Shown here in pieces: positions 38,338 through 48,245 of a DNA stretch of 64,000 nucleotides (position 1 is its first letter; the number at the start of each line of letters is the position of its first letter). The notes under the pieces are model-generated. The model had not been told where the DNA came from and did not search any database. It saw only the letters and a program-made list of their open reading frames with translations. The DNA comes from a virus. Made by a program: the position numbers and the translations under genes. The stretch covers positions 16,519 through 80,518 of IMG/VR virus record IMGVR_UViG_3300048589_001057, one strand, 5' to 3'.

Positions 38338-39214
38338 AATATTAATCATTGATGGAGATAATGCTCTTCACCGGGCTTATCATAAATACGGGGGGTTTAC
38401 CAATATATCAGGTAAACCCTCTTCCATTATATTTGGTTTCCCCTACATAGTTAGGTCAGCTATCGTTAGAATTAAACCCACTAAAGTATATGTAGTATTC
38501 GATGGTGGCCGTTCTGAGCATAGGTTAGCTTTACTACCTACTTACAAAGAAAGGGAACAAAAACTGGGGTTTGATTATGAAAACTTCCAATCCCAAAAAG
38601 CCATAGCTATGAAGATAACGATGGACCTTGGGATAAGGGTAGTACATGGTAAAAGCTATGAAGCCGATGACCTTATTTATGGCTTATGCCGTAAGCATAA
38701 TAAAAGCCATATTTGTATTCTCTCAGGAGACAAGGATTTTCACCAGCTAATATCCTCCACTATCAGTGTATATTCACCTCACAAGGAAATAGAACTTACC
38801 CATAAGAATCTCCATAGGTATTTCCCTTACCATGCTGAAGAGGTAGTAGATTACCTTTGCTTAATAGGGGATAAGTCTGATAAGATTCCTGGCTATGGGG
38901 GCATTGGTGAAAAAAGGGCTAGGCAATTCCTGGATAAGTTTGGGTCTATCAAAAATTTTTTAAAATCATATAACCCAAGTATGGGTAAAGCTCCAGACCC
39001 TATTAAGATGGCTTCCCTTTATAAGCTAAACCGGCAGTTAATTGACCTGCGTTTATTCTACCGTAAATTCCTGTTGGGTAAAATGAAGTTGCCAATAAAA
39101 AACCCATACCCATTATTCCAACTACCAGCTGTTGCTCAAGTAGCTCGGGAATATGAAGTAAAAACTCTCCTGAAATCCGAGTTTATTCAAACTTTCAAAG
39201 ACCTAGCCAAGTGA
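38330..39214 (+). CDS. 5'-3' exonuclease/flap endonuclease (RNase H-like)
   Basis: LIIDG...HRAYH, VFDGG, YEADD, SGDKDF.QL, GDKSD.IPG..GIGEK. Confidence 0.92.
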   Translation: MSKILIIDGDNALHRAYHKYGGFTNISGKPSSIIFGFPYIVRSAIVRIKPTKVYVVFDGGRSEHRLALLPTYKEREQKLGFDYENFQSQKAIAMKITMDLGIRVVHGKSYEADDLIYGLCRKHNKSHICILSGDKDFHQLISSTISVYSPHKEIELTHKNLHRYFPYHAEEVVDYLCLIGDKSDKIPGYGGIGEKRARQFLDKFGSIKNFLKSYNPSMGKAPDPIKMASLYKLNRQLIDLRLFYRKFLLGKMKLPIKNPYPLFQLPAVAQVAREYEVKTLLKSEFIQTFKDLAK

Positions 39215-40191
39215 AGAACAAGAAAATAATAGCCTTATCAATCTCAGATATCCATATACACAAATGGAAATCCCATAATGAGGGAATGAAACGGACTAAG
39301 GATACCATGAAGATACTACAATACGTTTCGAATAAGGCCGAGGAATTATCGGTCCCCGTATTATGCCCGGGAGATTTATTCCATGGGGAGGTAGGTCCAA
39401 TACTATTATCCTTTGTTGAAGATCACTGGCCTTCCTACTTCAGGGAAAACTTCTTTGCCATTAGTGGTAATCATGATCAGGAAGAAAAATCATTTGTGGA
39501 TAGTCAGCAACCCTCTATGGTTACCTACTTCCATAAAAAAGGTCTTCTTCAATGCCTAGACTTTGAGTATAGGGTATTACCTGATTTCTTTACTTATGGG
39601 ATACCATATCTAACCTACAACAAGGGCCTACTACAAGCTATTGAAAACCTGGCAGTATCCACTTCAGATAACTACTACAAAATATTAATGATACACACCG
39701 ATTTATATGGGGCTAAAGAAAGTGATGGGCGTGAAGTGGGTACTGTTGAGGGTTTACCAAGGGATATGGGAAAACTTTTTGAACCCTTCGATTTGGTGTT
39801 ATGTGGCCATATTCATAAACCCCAGGAAATAATTCCCGGTAAGGTTATAATGGTTGGGGCTCCTCAACAACAAAGGAAGTCAGATGCGGATGGGGAGTTT
39901 GGTTACTGGGAAATATACTCAGACTTCTCCTATAAGTTTGTACCCCTAGACTGGCCCAGTAAATTCATGTTTTATAATGAAGGGGATATACCGGGAGATG
40001 ATTATAACTATTGGATTATGAACCGAGCTGAGGGTGTTGGGGTGGTTGATGAAGACACCCTTGAATTTTCAAGTAAATCCAGTACTACCCACTTAGCAAA
40101 GGCCTTTCTAACGGCTACCGGAGAGAAAAGGTATTCCTATAAGAAGGCATTGATTAACACATTAAAGGAAGCTGATGATGATACATTTTAA
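39211..40191 (+). CDS. SbcD/Mre11-like metallophosphoesterase nuclease
   Basis: SDIH, GDLF, GNHD, GHIH. Confidence 0.88.
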   Translation: MKNKKIIALSISDIHIHKWKSHNEGMKRTKDTMKILQYVSNKAEELSVPVLCPGDLFHGEVGPILLSFVEDHWPSYFRENFFAISGNHDQEEKSFVDSQQPSMVTYFHKKGLLQCLDFEYRVLPDFFTYGIPYLTYNKGLLQAIENLAVSTSDNYYKILMIHTDLYGAKESDGREVGTVEGLPRDMGKLFEPFDLVLCGHIHKPQEIIPGKVIMVGAPQQQRKSDADGEFGYWEIYSDFSYKFVPLDWPSKFMFYNEGDIPGDDYNYWIMNRAEGVGVVDEDTLEFSSKSSTTHLAKAFLTATGEKRYSYKKALINTLKEADDDTF

Positions 40192-42025
40192 TACTCTAGA
40201 GATTACAGGCTTTGGTTCGATGATAGAGCCATACACCTTGGATTTCACTAATCATGGTTTAGTATTAATTAAGGGGGAAAACGGTGCGGGTAAAACTACT
40301 GGGTTCTCAGCCTTATTTTGGGTACTCTATGGGGAAACTCTTAAAAATAAATCCACAGTTAATACTTGGGAACACCTAAGGCCTAAAAATTACTTAGGTA
40401 CAAAGGTAAGCCTAACTTTTAATCGCAAGGGTAAAAACCTACAGGTCATAAGGTGCCAGGAATACAAGGGGGATATAGTACCGGGAATCAAGGGGGCTAA
40501 TCGTCTAATGGTATTGGATGAACATGGGAAAGAATTATTTCAGAACAAATCAAAGCCGGAATTGCAAAAGAAATTAACCCAGTTAATTGGCCTATCCCCG
40601 GACTTATTCAAATCATCCATTATCTTCGGCCAAAAGATGAAGAGGTTGGTTGACGAGGATGGGCCTACTAAAAAGAAAATATTCGAAGAGGCCTTCGGTG
40701 TGGATTATATTAATCTGGCCAAGGATATAGCCTATAAGAAATTTAAGGCTTTAGAATCTGAACTTATACCCATGGATAGAGCTTTATTCGGTAAGCAATC
40801 TGCCAGGGAAACTCAGGTAGAGAATATAGAAAAGATTAAAGAGAGGATGGCTAACCATGAAACCACCAAGGCTACCCAGCTGGATAATTTAAAAAGCCAA
40901 CTTAAGGCTATAAAAAAATCCCTGGAAGATTGTACTATGGGTAAGGAAGAATTCCTTATTCAGGATAAGAGTTTATCGGAATTAAAAAATAAACTAGTAA
41001 AATCCAAACTGGCTTTTGATAAGTCCAAGTATACCCAATTATCTACCCAAGTAACTAAGGATGAGTATAAGATTAAAGAATACGAAAAAGCCATACTTGA
41101 ATACCAAAAGAACTTGGCCGGCCTATCAGAAACCGGACTTTGCCCATTCTGTGGAGCTAAAGTAAAGCCAAAGGAATTGGCTAATCACCAAGAAGAGATT
41201 ACCTCTAAAATAACCCAATATGATATTGCATTACAAGAAGTCAAAAAGGCATCAAATGGGCATAAAAAGGAGTTAGCTAGTTTAATCAAACGGTTAAATA
41301 ACATAGAATTAACTGAAAATAAAATTGATAGACTAGCATCGGATATATCCAAGCTATACAACTACCATCCGGAAAAAGAAAAGGCTTTACAAACTCAGAT
41401 AAAAAATAAGAGGGGGGAAATAGCCTCTCTAAGGAAGTCAGTTATAAATTTTGGGCTGGAAGATGCTATAGGCGAACTCTCTAGATTAGAAAGTGAAACC
41501 AAAGTATTAGATAAGCAAGTAAAAGGGTTAAGAAGGAAATACCAAGTACAGGAATGGCTATATTCCAAGGCCCTATCCAACTCTGGGCTAAAAGCCTTCA
41601 TTTTTAATCAAATGCTAAATAGCCTAAATATCATCTTGGAGAATTACGCCAAACAATTTGGTATTCGCCCATATTTCATGGTAGATATGGCTTCTGCCCG
41701 TAAGGACATAGTTTCATTTGCCTACATCAATGGTGCACCAGTATCATTTGCTGACCTTTCCGGTGGACAAGCACAATTAGCCAATATCATTACCGCTTTT
41801 GCAGCCCATGATTTAATTGCAAAAGGTAGATTTAATATCATGGTATTGGATGAGGTATTTGAATCTCTTAGCGCAACCAACGTTGAAATAGTCACGGAAC
41901 TAATATCCAGTAAGGCCTTAAATCAACAAGTATTCCTAATCACCCATAATAAAGACTTCAAACCAACAGGTGCCCGTACACTAGAATTTACATTACAAGA
42001 TGGGGTAACCAGGCCACTATTATAA
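40175..42025 (+). CDS. SbcC/Rad50-like ATPase
   Basis: GENGAGKT, coiled coil with CPFC hook, LSGGQ, LDEVF, ITH. Confidence 0.92.
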   Translation: MMIHFNTLEITGFGSMIEPYTLDFTNHGLVLIKGENGAGKTTGFSALFWVLYGETLKNKSTVNTWEHLRPKNYLGTKVSLTFNRKGKNLQVIRCQEYKGDIVPGIKGANRLMVLDEHGKELFQNKSKPELQKKLTQLIGLSPDLFKSSIIFGQKMKRLVDEDGPTKKKIFEEAFGVDYINLAKDIAYKKFKALESELIPMDRALFGKQSARETQVENIEKIKERMANHETTKATQLDNLKSQLKAIKKSLEDCTMGKEEFLIQDKSLSELKNKLVKSKLAFDKSKYTQLSTQVTKDEYKIKEYEKAILEYQKNLAGLSETGLCPFCGAKVKPKELANHQEEITSKITQYDIALQEVKKASNGHKKELASLIKRLNNIELTENKIDRLASDISKLYNYHPEKEKALQTQIKNKRGEIASLRKSVINFGLEDAIGELSRLESETKVLDKQVKGLRRKYQVQEWLYSKALSNSGLKAFIFNQMLNSLNIILENYAKQFGIRPYFMVDMASARKDIVSFAYINGAPVSFADLSGGQAQLANIITAFAAHDLIAKGRFNIMVLDEVFESLSATNVEIVTELISSKALNQQVFLITHNKDFKPTGARTLEFTLQDGVTRPLL

Positions 42026-42032
42026 AATAAAA

Positions 42033-42569
42033 ATGATTAACTCAAGACGGAAGGGTTCTAAGTCAGAGAGAATGGTTTCAAAGCTTTTTCAGGAATGGAC
42101 TGGGTATGAATTTGCTAGAACCCCTGGATCAGGGGGAATGCAATGGCATAATAGGTCTCAGGTATCTGGAGATATAGTTTGCACCGATGCCCTACATGCA
42201 ACCAGGTTTGGATTTTCAGTTGAGACTAAATTCCACAAGGAAATAAATTTTGAACACCTTATTATGGGTTTGAAGGGGTCTTCTATACACAGCTTTTGGA
42301 ATCAGGCTAACCGGGATGCACAAAGGGCTAAAAAAATTCCCATGCTTCTAATGAGGTACAATAGGATGCCAAAAAACTTACATTTTATTTGTCTTCCTCA
42401 ACCCTTTTTCTTGATGATTAAGGAACACCTAACTCTAGAGAATGAATACCTGATCTATTCAGGCCTAGATAGGATAGTAATATTAAACTCCTGGGATTTT
42501 TTTAAATCTGATTACAAGATAATCCACAAACTTGCTAAAACCTTTTTAAAAAATGGGAAACTATCATAA
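42033..42569 (+). CDS. Holliday junction resolvase (PD-(D/E)xK)
   Basis: NSRRKG...ER, RTPGSG, GDI, VETK, FWNQA. Confidence 0.75.
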   Translation: MINSRRKGSKSERMVSKLFQEWTGYEFARTPGSGGMQWHNRSQVSGDIVCTDALHATRFGFSVETKFHKEINFEHLIMGLKGSSIHSFWNQANRDAQRAKKIPMLLMRYNRMPKNLHFICLPQPFFLMIKEHLTLENEYLIYSGLDRIVILNSWDFFKSDYKIIHKLAKTFLKNGKLS

Positions 42570-43266
42570 ATATGTTTGGTGCGTAGCCTACATCAATAGG
42601 CCCTTTTTATCCACCATTACTCGGGATTTAGAAAAATTCGGGTATACCCAAGTAAAATCCTATATTCCAACTGTAAGGGTACTTAGAAAACAATTTAAAA
42701 ACCAGAAACATTTCGAAGAGGTACCCCTACTATTTAATTATGGGTTCTTCAGGCTAACATTTGAAGATGCCTGTAACAAGGATTTTCTTATGCGTATGAA
42801 AGTCTCAATCCAAGGTATATATGGGTGGCTATATACCAATGAAAGTCCGGAAGTGGATGAAGATACTGGAATGTACTTTAATAAGTTGGAAGTGGCAACT
42901 GTTAGGATAAAAGAAATAATAATGTTAAAACGGGCTTGCTTACTAAACTCTATATACTCATCTGATGATCTAAGTGGGATATGTAAGGATGACTTTATTA
43001 TTCTAAAGGGTTACCCATTTGAGAATATCCCCGCTCAGATAGTATCTATTAATGCAAAGAAGGAGCAGGTAAGAGTAAGGTTGGAATTAGGCAATGGCTC
43101 TATTTTTAATGAGGTTACGGTTGACTTTTCAAACGTATTCTATTCCATATACTCTAACTTTGATGACCCAACCTTGACTGATACTACATTAGAAGGCTTA
43201 AAAGATAGGTCACCAAGAGAATTCTACAAGGCTATACATAACACCCCTACTGACCATGAAAATTAA
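42553..43266 (+). CDS. NusG-family (UpxY/RfaH-like) transcription elongation/antitermination factor
   Basis: WCVAY, YIPT, EVPLLFNYGF (NGN domain); GYPFE...AQIVSIN..KEQVRV (KOW). Confidence 0.75.
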   Translation: MGNYHKYVWCVAYINRPFLSTITRDLEKFGYTQVKSYIPTVRVLRKQFKNQKHFEEVPLLFNYGFFRLTFEDACNKDFLMRMKVSIQGIYGWLYTNESPEVDEDTGMYFNKLEVATVRIKEIIMLKRACLLNSIYSSDDLSGICKDDFIILKGYPFENIPAQIVSINAKKEQVRVRLELGNGSIFNEVTVDFSNVFYSIYSNFDDPTLTDTTLEGLKDRSPREFYKAIHNTPTDHEN

Positions 43267-44221
43267 TCCAGATGCCTGGGCGATACTCAATCAGGATGAA
43301 AAACTAAGTATAAGCCTTTCTTTAGGCCATAATAAGTCTAGTTGGGAATCCGGGGAAATCATGAGTAAGTCCCATTATAAATACCTGGAGATAAAAGCCA
43401 GGGCCGAAAGATTTTTGAGAATGTTCACAGAGTACTTCCAAAAATACGGTGGGCTTTTCCCAGAAAAGAATAAGTCGGACCAATTCTTCAGGGATTACTT
43501 TGAAATGTTGATTATCCAAAGGATGTCATTAAAGGCCACCATAGGAAGTATTCAGCATAGTGGGTATAAGATAAGCGGAAAAAGGGAAGTAATCCTAGAA
43601 AGCGAGATGGTTAAACTTAAATCTTCCAAGTACGCTGGGGATAGGGAACTATTTGATGTTCTACTGGAATTTGATAGGTGGAATAATTTCAGGGTGTTAC
43701 CCAAGGTACTACAACAACCCTCCGCTTTTAAAAGGAGAAACAAAACTAGGGAATTAAAACACTTAAAGAGCATAACTAATATCCATAGCTATTCCATCAA
43801 GAAAATTCATGAAAGGTTCGCCACTAACAAATCTAATGGGGTATGTTTCTTTACCCTACTAGGAGATAACCTACCTGGTAACTTCAAGGTGATTAAAATG
43901 GTTAACCGTTCTAAAGAGATAAAACAGATATCCAGCTTAGGATTCTTTATTTTTGAAGAAGAGGTGCAAGCTATTACTTTAGGTAAACTGGTATCAGCTT
44001 ACCTATTTCCTAAGATGTCTATGGGGTTTAGCCCAGTTATTAAGGGTTTACAATTTTGGTCCAACTATAGGGAGCTAATCAGCAAGGCTATAAATTACTT
44101 AGCTGTATATAACATAATCCCAAATAGGAAATACGTTGAGGATGCCCTAATAGAACAGCAATTAAAGAAAAAGAGGATTCAAAGGGTAAAATCAGAAATT
44201 AAGGAGTTGCTAAATGATTAA
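43256..44221 (+). CDS. Hypothetical protein with N-terminal sigma-70 region-4-like HTH
   Basis: LNQDEK..I.L.....KS..E.GEIM..S......I..RA.R.LR pattern. Confidence 0.45.
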   Translation: MKINPDAWAILNQDEKLSISLSLGHNKSSWESGEIMSKSHYKYLEIKARAERFLRMFTEYFQKYGGLFPEKNKSDQFFRDYFEMLIIQRMSLKATIGSIQHSGYKISGKREVILESEMVKLKSSKYAGDRELFDVLLEFDRWNNFRVLPKVLQQPSAFKRRNKTRELKHLKSITNIHSYSIKKIHERFATNKSNGVCFFTLLGDNLPGNFKVIKMVNRSKEIKQISSLGFFIFEEEVQAITLGKLVSAYLFPKMSMGFSPVIKGLQFWSNYRELISKAINYLAVYNIIPNRKYVEDALIEQQLKKKRIQRVKSEIKELLND

Positions 44222-44277
44222 AACGCTATTATATTTGCATAATTAATTAAATGCATAAATAATTATGGCAAACACCA
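44207..44277 (+). promoter_or_regulatory. Repeated Bacteroidetes-type promoter/leader module, copy 1
   Basis: TTG...TATATTTG at 44230; 3' part shared with the 47396 copy through ATGGCAAACACCA. Confidence 0.75.
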
Positions 44278-44462
44278 AACCCATACAATTGCCCAAGGGC
44301 CACTACAATTGCCCAACTTGTGGGTATCTTCCCTTACCCTCGGATTCTATCCGAAAAGAGGGGATGTACTACGATCCTGATAAAAATTCTTATCATTGGA
44401 AGGAAGTAGTGGATTGTAAAAAATGCCACACGTTATTTTCTTTTAAAAATTCAGACCAATGA
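44265..44462 (+). CDS. Small Zn-ribbon protein
   Basis: CPTC...CKKC. Confidence 0.6.
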   Translation: MANTKPIQLPKGHYNCPTCGYLPLPSDSIRKEGMYYDPDKNSYHWKEVVDCKKCHTLFSFKNSDQ

Positions 44463-45640
44463 GACAGTTCACTAACCAAAAGGAAGTCTATAAGCTATCC
44501 AAAAATGGTAAAATCCAGGTACATAGGTTAGCCACCTTAGAATTGCCCAATGGGGAAGCCCAACTATATACCCAATATGGTTACATCGATGGGGCTATGC
44601 AGGAGGATATCAAGCATTTCTCAAGGGGTAAAAATATTGGTAGAGCTAATGAAACCTCCGCTTTAGAACAGGCATTATCTGAATTAAATTCCAAGCTAAA
44701 CAAGCTATTAGATAAGGGTTATAAAAGGGATAACACTAATGGGGCTGATTTATTGGGCTTCTTAAAATCCCAGGAGGGTACAGATGCCACTGGAAGCCTA
44801 AAGCCTATGCTTGCCCAAAAAGATAAGGATAAAATCAAACTCCCAGGATACGTCCAGAGAAAGTACGATGGGGTACGGTGTTTCACATTTATAGAAAATG
44901 CCCAAATAAGGAAGGTATCACGTAATGGGAAACCTTTCCAACATTTAGGGCACTTGGATAAGGAACTTAAGGAATTAATGGACTTAAGCCCCGGGGACTT
45001 ACCCTACAAATCTTGGATAATCGATGGTGAACTATATTCCCATGAGTTATCATTCCAGCAAATAATCTCTGCCATAAAACGTGAACAGCCATCAAATGAA
45101 CTCATCCAATACCGTATATATGACATGATTCCCATAGCTGATATGCGTATGGGGCAAGGTTATAGGATGAAGATAATACGCTCATGCCGGTCGGAATTTA
45201 CAACCTCTGGGATATTTAAGTATCTTGAATTTAGCCCAACTCTCTGGGTTAGAACCTGGGCTAAATTTCAGGAAACATTTTCTAGGTACATACGAGAAGG
45301 TTTTGAGGGGATCATGTTTAGATCAGAGGACGGTATTTATGAATTTGGGCGTAGATCTTACTCCCTCATTAAATATAAAGAATTCGATGAGGGGGAATTT
45401 GAAATCATGGGTGCCGAAGAGGCCACTGGTAGGGATGCAGGTACTGCTGTATTTTTATTAAAAACCGAATCCGGCCAATGGTTCAGTGCTAGGCCATTAG
45501 GTACCAGGGAAGAACGTAGAGACTATTATAATAAAAGGGCGGAATATATTGGGAAGATGGGTACTGTTAAATACCAAGGCTTATCCGATACTGGTATTCC
45601 CAGGTTCCCAGTATTTAAAGCCATAAGAGATTACGAATAA
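44459..45640 (+). CDS. ATP-dependent DNA ligase with WGR-like N-terminus
   Basis: KPMLA, QRKYDGVR, IDGELY, EGIM, RS..LIKYK, PRFP. Confidence 0.92.
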   Translation: MRQFTNQKEVYKLSKNGKIQVHRLATLELPNGEAQLYTQYGYIDGAMQEDIKHFSRGKNIGRANETSALEQALSELNSKLNKLLDKGYKRDNTNGADLLGFLKSQEGTDATGSLKPMLAQKDKDKIKLPGYVQRKYDGVRCFTFIENAQIRKVSRNGKPFQHLGHLDKELKELMDLSPGDLPYKSWIIDGELYSHELSFQQIISAIKREQPSNELIQYRIYDMIPIADMRMGQGYRMKIIRSCRSEFTTSGIFKYLEFSPTLWVRTWAKFQETFSRYIREGFEGIMFRSEDGIYEFGRRSYSLIKYKEFDEGEFEIMGAEEATGRDAGTAVFLLKTESGQWFSARPLGTREERRDYYNKRAEYIGKMGTVKYQGLSDTGIPRFPVFKAIRDYE

Positions 45641-45657
45641 AACCAAAACCCCATAAT

Positions 45658-46176
45658 ATGGCAAGAGTACCTGAATCAGCAATAAAAATGGTAGAGAACC
45701 TTAATTTACAGGACCTTAAAAGATCTTGCATTATCCGAGGAATCCCATTTGAAGATGTTTGTGATAAATCTGTTCTAGGATTACAAAGCTGGTATTTGAG
45801 TCATTATGACTATCCGGTTAATCACAGTTTGCTAGAAGCCTACGACATCTGGAGTGAAGCTCTTTTACGGGAAAGGGGGGTTGACCCAACTATGATATCC
45901 CCTTACTTTAGGCTATCGGCTATTGGCATTAGAAATGCCAATGGGGAGGTAGTAAAAAGAAAGCGAGTAAAATCCTTAACCCCAAAATTCAAGCGTAAAA
46001 AGGCTAGGACTCAAGAGGGGTTATTTCAAGGAACTAAAAAGGCTTTAACTTATGCCCTTTGTAAAGAGGGCTTAGCTAAAGAAGAAGTTATAGCCAAGGT
46101 CATAGAACAATTCCCAGATGCCAAGCCAAAGAGTATTGGCATATGGTATAACCGGTCTAAAAAATCAAAGAAATAA
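45658..46176 (+). CDS. Hypothetical basic protein, possible DNA-binding
   Basis: ORF track; C-terminal HTH-like segment. Confidence 0.55.
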   Translation: MARVPESAIKMVENLNLQDLKRSCIIRGIPFEDVCDKSVLGLQSWYLSHYDYPVNHSLLEAYDIWSEALLRERGVDPTMISPYFRLSAIGIRNANGEVVKRKRVKSLTPKFKRKKARTQEGLFQGTKKALTYALCKEGLAKEEVIAKVIEQFPDAKPKSIGIWYNRSKKSKK

Positions 46177-46652
46177 TGGCTAAAGCTACTATAAAGATCA
46201 ACCTAAAACAATGGTACTTAGTGTACCTAAAACACCCAAAGGATCCCCAAGCTTTTAGAAAATCCTTTTTATTCTATGAATTAGCTGAGGAGGCAGTACG
46301 AAGACACTTTCCTCATTTGGCATTCGTAGAAATAGTGTCTGGGAAAACCCTCTTGGATGAGGGCATAAGGGTATTACCTTCAGCCTCTAATATCTGGGGA
46401 ATCAGTATTACTAAATATGATTTTGGGGAAAACCTAACCCGTCGCCAAAAGGGCAGTTTAAGGCTTAAGTACCGTAGGCAAAGACGTAGGAATAAGATAA
46501 GAGAGGTATTTGATGGCCCTTTAATATTAAGTTGGAGGGAAGTGGTAAGTAGAGAGCTTGGAAAACCCATATCAGATATCCCAAAGAAGGAACTGGAAAG
46601 AATATTAAAAAGAAAAACTAAGATTTTTTACCGGGAGTTTGATGACCTCTAG
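46176..46652 (+). CDS. Hypothetical basic protein
   Basis: ORF track; coupled to the upstream stop codon. Confidence 0.55.
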   Translation: MAKATIKINLKQWYLVYLKHPKDPQAFRKSFLFYELAEEAVRRHFPHLAFVEIVSGKTLLDEGIRVLPSASNIWGISITKYDFGENLTRRQKGSLRLKYRRQRRRNKIREVFDGPLILSWREVVSRELGKPISDIPKKELERILKRKTKIFYREFDDL

Positions 46653-46701
46653 AACACCCCTCAAACTATTAATAATAAATAAACAACCTAAATTTAACAC
46701 C

Positions 46702-47313
46702 ATGAACTTAACAAAAAAAACCATTGCCGAACAAGAAGACCTTAAAACAGGTTTTTTTAAATTAACTTTCACAGATGGCTCTTCCATCATTTGCCTCATA
46801 GCCTTGGCTGAAGAGGAGGAGGAAGAAGAGGAAGAAGTTCCGGCCAAAGCCAAAGCCAAAGCTCCTAAGGATGAGGATGAAGTCCCAGCCAAATCCAAAG
46901 CCAAAGCCAAAGCTCCTAAGGATGAGGATGAGGAAGAAGAGGAAGAAGAAGAGGATGAGGATGAGGATGAGGAAGAAGAGGAAGAAGAAGAGGATGAGGA
47001 AGAAGAGGAAGAAGAAGAGGAAGAAGAAGAGGATGAGGAGGATGAAGAAGAGGAAGAGGATGAAGAAGAAGAGGAGGAAGAAGAAGAGGAGGAAGAAGAA
47101 GAAGAGGAAGAAGAAGAAGAAGAGGATGAGGATATAACTTGGGATGATCTCAAAGGTATGGACTCTGATGAGCTCGAGGATATCATTGATGAAGAAGATC
47201 TCTCAGTTGATCCCGAAGATTACGAGGATGATGAGGATGGCTTAAGGAAAGCTGTAGCTAAGGCTATGAAAATTGAGATTCCTGCCAAAAAGGCAAAAAA
47301 ATCTAAAAAATAA
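46702..47313 (+). CDS. Extremely acidic protein with a long Glu/Asp tract
   Basis: Start reassigned to MNLTKK after the ACTATTAATAAT motif; GAR/GAT codon run about 46920-47133. Confidence 0.75.
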   Translation: MNLTKKTIAEQEDLKTGFFKLTFTDGSSIICLIALAEEEEEEEEEVPAKAKAKAPKDEDEVPAKSKAKAKAPKDEDEEEEEEEEDEDEDEEEEEEEEDEEEEEEEEEEEEDEEDEEEEEDEEEEEEEEEEEEEEEEEEEEEDEDITWDDLKGMDSDELEDIIDEEDLSVDPEDYEDDEDGLRKAVAKAMKIEIPAKKAKKSKK

Positions 47314-47330
47314 TCCCATCTACTCCCTCT

Positions 47331-47366
47331 ATAAGGGGGCCTTCCAAGGTCCCCTTATTTCTTTTT
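47331..47366 (+). terminator. Intrinsic terminator
   Basis: ATAAGGGGGCCTT-CC-AAGGTCCCCTTAT plus T-rich tail. Confidence 0.75.
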
Positions 47367-47373
47367 AGGGTTC

Positions 47374-47466
47374 GGAAATTAAAGAAATTAAAAGGTTGCA
47401 TGGGGATTAAAACGCCCTTATATTTGCATTATTAATTAAATGCATAAATAATTATGGCAAACACCA
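47374..47466 (+). promoter_or_regulatory. Repeated promoter/leader module, copy 2
   Basis: AAAAGGTTGCATGGGGATTAAAACGCCCTTATATTTGCATTATTAATTAAATGCAT. Confidence 0.85.
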
Positions 47467-48041
47467 CCAAAAACTCCATTAAATCCAAGGTCTTACTTCA
47501 GGACCTGGATGAGCATTTTAAGGCTCAACTTCTTGGGGTACCCCCAAAAGAAGCTTCCCTCTATGCGGATTCTTACCGATCTGACAAGGCTTTAATCCTA
47601 CTTTCCACAGGGGAATTAAAACCCCCTAAGTGTAAAACCTGTTACTCCCGGGGTTATCGGTTAATGGCTACCCCCACTAAAGGTCCATACAAGGACGAGG
47701 ATTTTAAAAAAGTAGCTTGCCACTGTATAACCAAACAGGTAGACCCTCCCGATATGGAAAGACTCCAGAAAAGGGCTAAATTCGAACAGGATGAAAAGGA
47801 CAGAGCAAATTCAAGAGGAGTTATTGAGAACCCACCATCTCCTACAGGAGATGGAGAAAGAACTACAAAAATCCAACTTAAACGCCGCCAGACGAAGGCA
47901 GCTATTGAACCTAACCATGGACGGGAAGAAAAAGATATCCCATCTAATGAAACGGTACCTAAGTCTCGGAAAAAACGGGACCCTGCTAAAAGTAAGGCTA
48001 AAATCCCGAATGATACTGAAAAACCGGGTTGTAGTAAATAA
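47454..48041 (+). CDS. Hypothetical protein with CxxC...CxC Zn site
   Basis: First gene after the promoter; C-terminal third overlaps the next ORF. Confidence 0.55.
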   Translation: MANTTKNSIKSKVLLQDLDEHFKAQLLGVPPKEASLYADSYRSDKALILLSTGELKPPKCKTCYSRGYRLMATPTKGPYKDEDFKKVACHCITKQVDPPDMERLQKRAKFEQDEKDRANSRGVIENPPSPTGDGERTTKIQLKRRQTKAAIEPNHGREEKDIPSNETVPKSRKKRDPAKSKAKIPNDTEKPGCSK

Positions 48042-48192
48042 GGTATTCCATACTTACTACCATGGGATAACTCCAGAGGAAGTACCATCACTAGTAATTC
48101 GGGACTTTAAAAATGCAACAATATTAAAAATAATGCGCATACCACTAGGAACTCCCTCCAGTATTTTGGGAAAGGGTAATCCTACAAAGTGA
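47791..48192 (+). CDS. Hypothetical protein
   Basis: Protein-like helical then beta composition. Confidence 0.5.
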   Translation: MKRTEQIQEELLRTHHLLQEMEKELQKSNLNAARRRQLLNLTMDGKKKISHLMKRYLSLGKNGTLLKVRLKSRMILKNRVVVNKVFHTYYHGITPEEVPSLVIRDFKNATILKIMRIPLGTPSSILGKGNPTK

Positions 48193-48245
48193 CTATTTTT
48201 TAATACAATCAATCATTATTAACAAACCCCTAAAAAAGACAAACC

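Noticed and set aside
46605-47186. Poly-Ser minus-strand ORF and the Lys/Arg-rich alternative-frame ORF 46871-47137
   Set aside because: Shadows of the GAR-rich acidic tract
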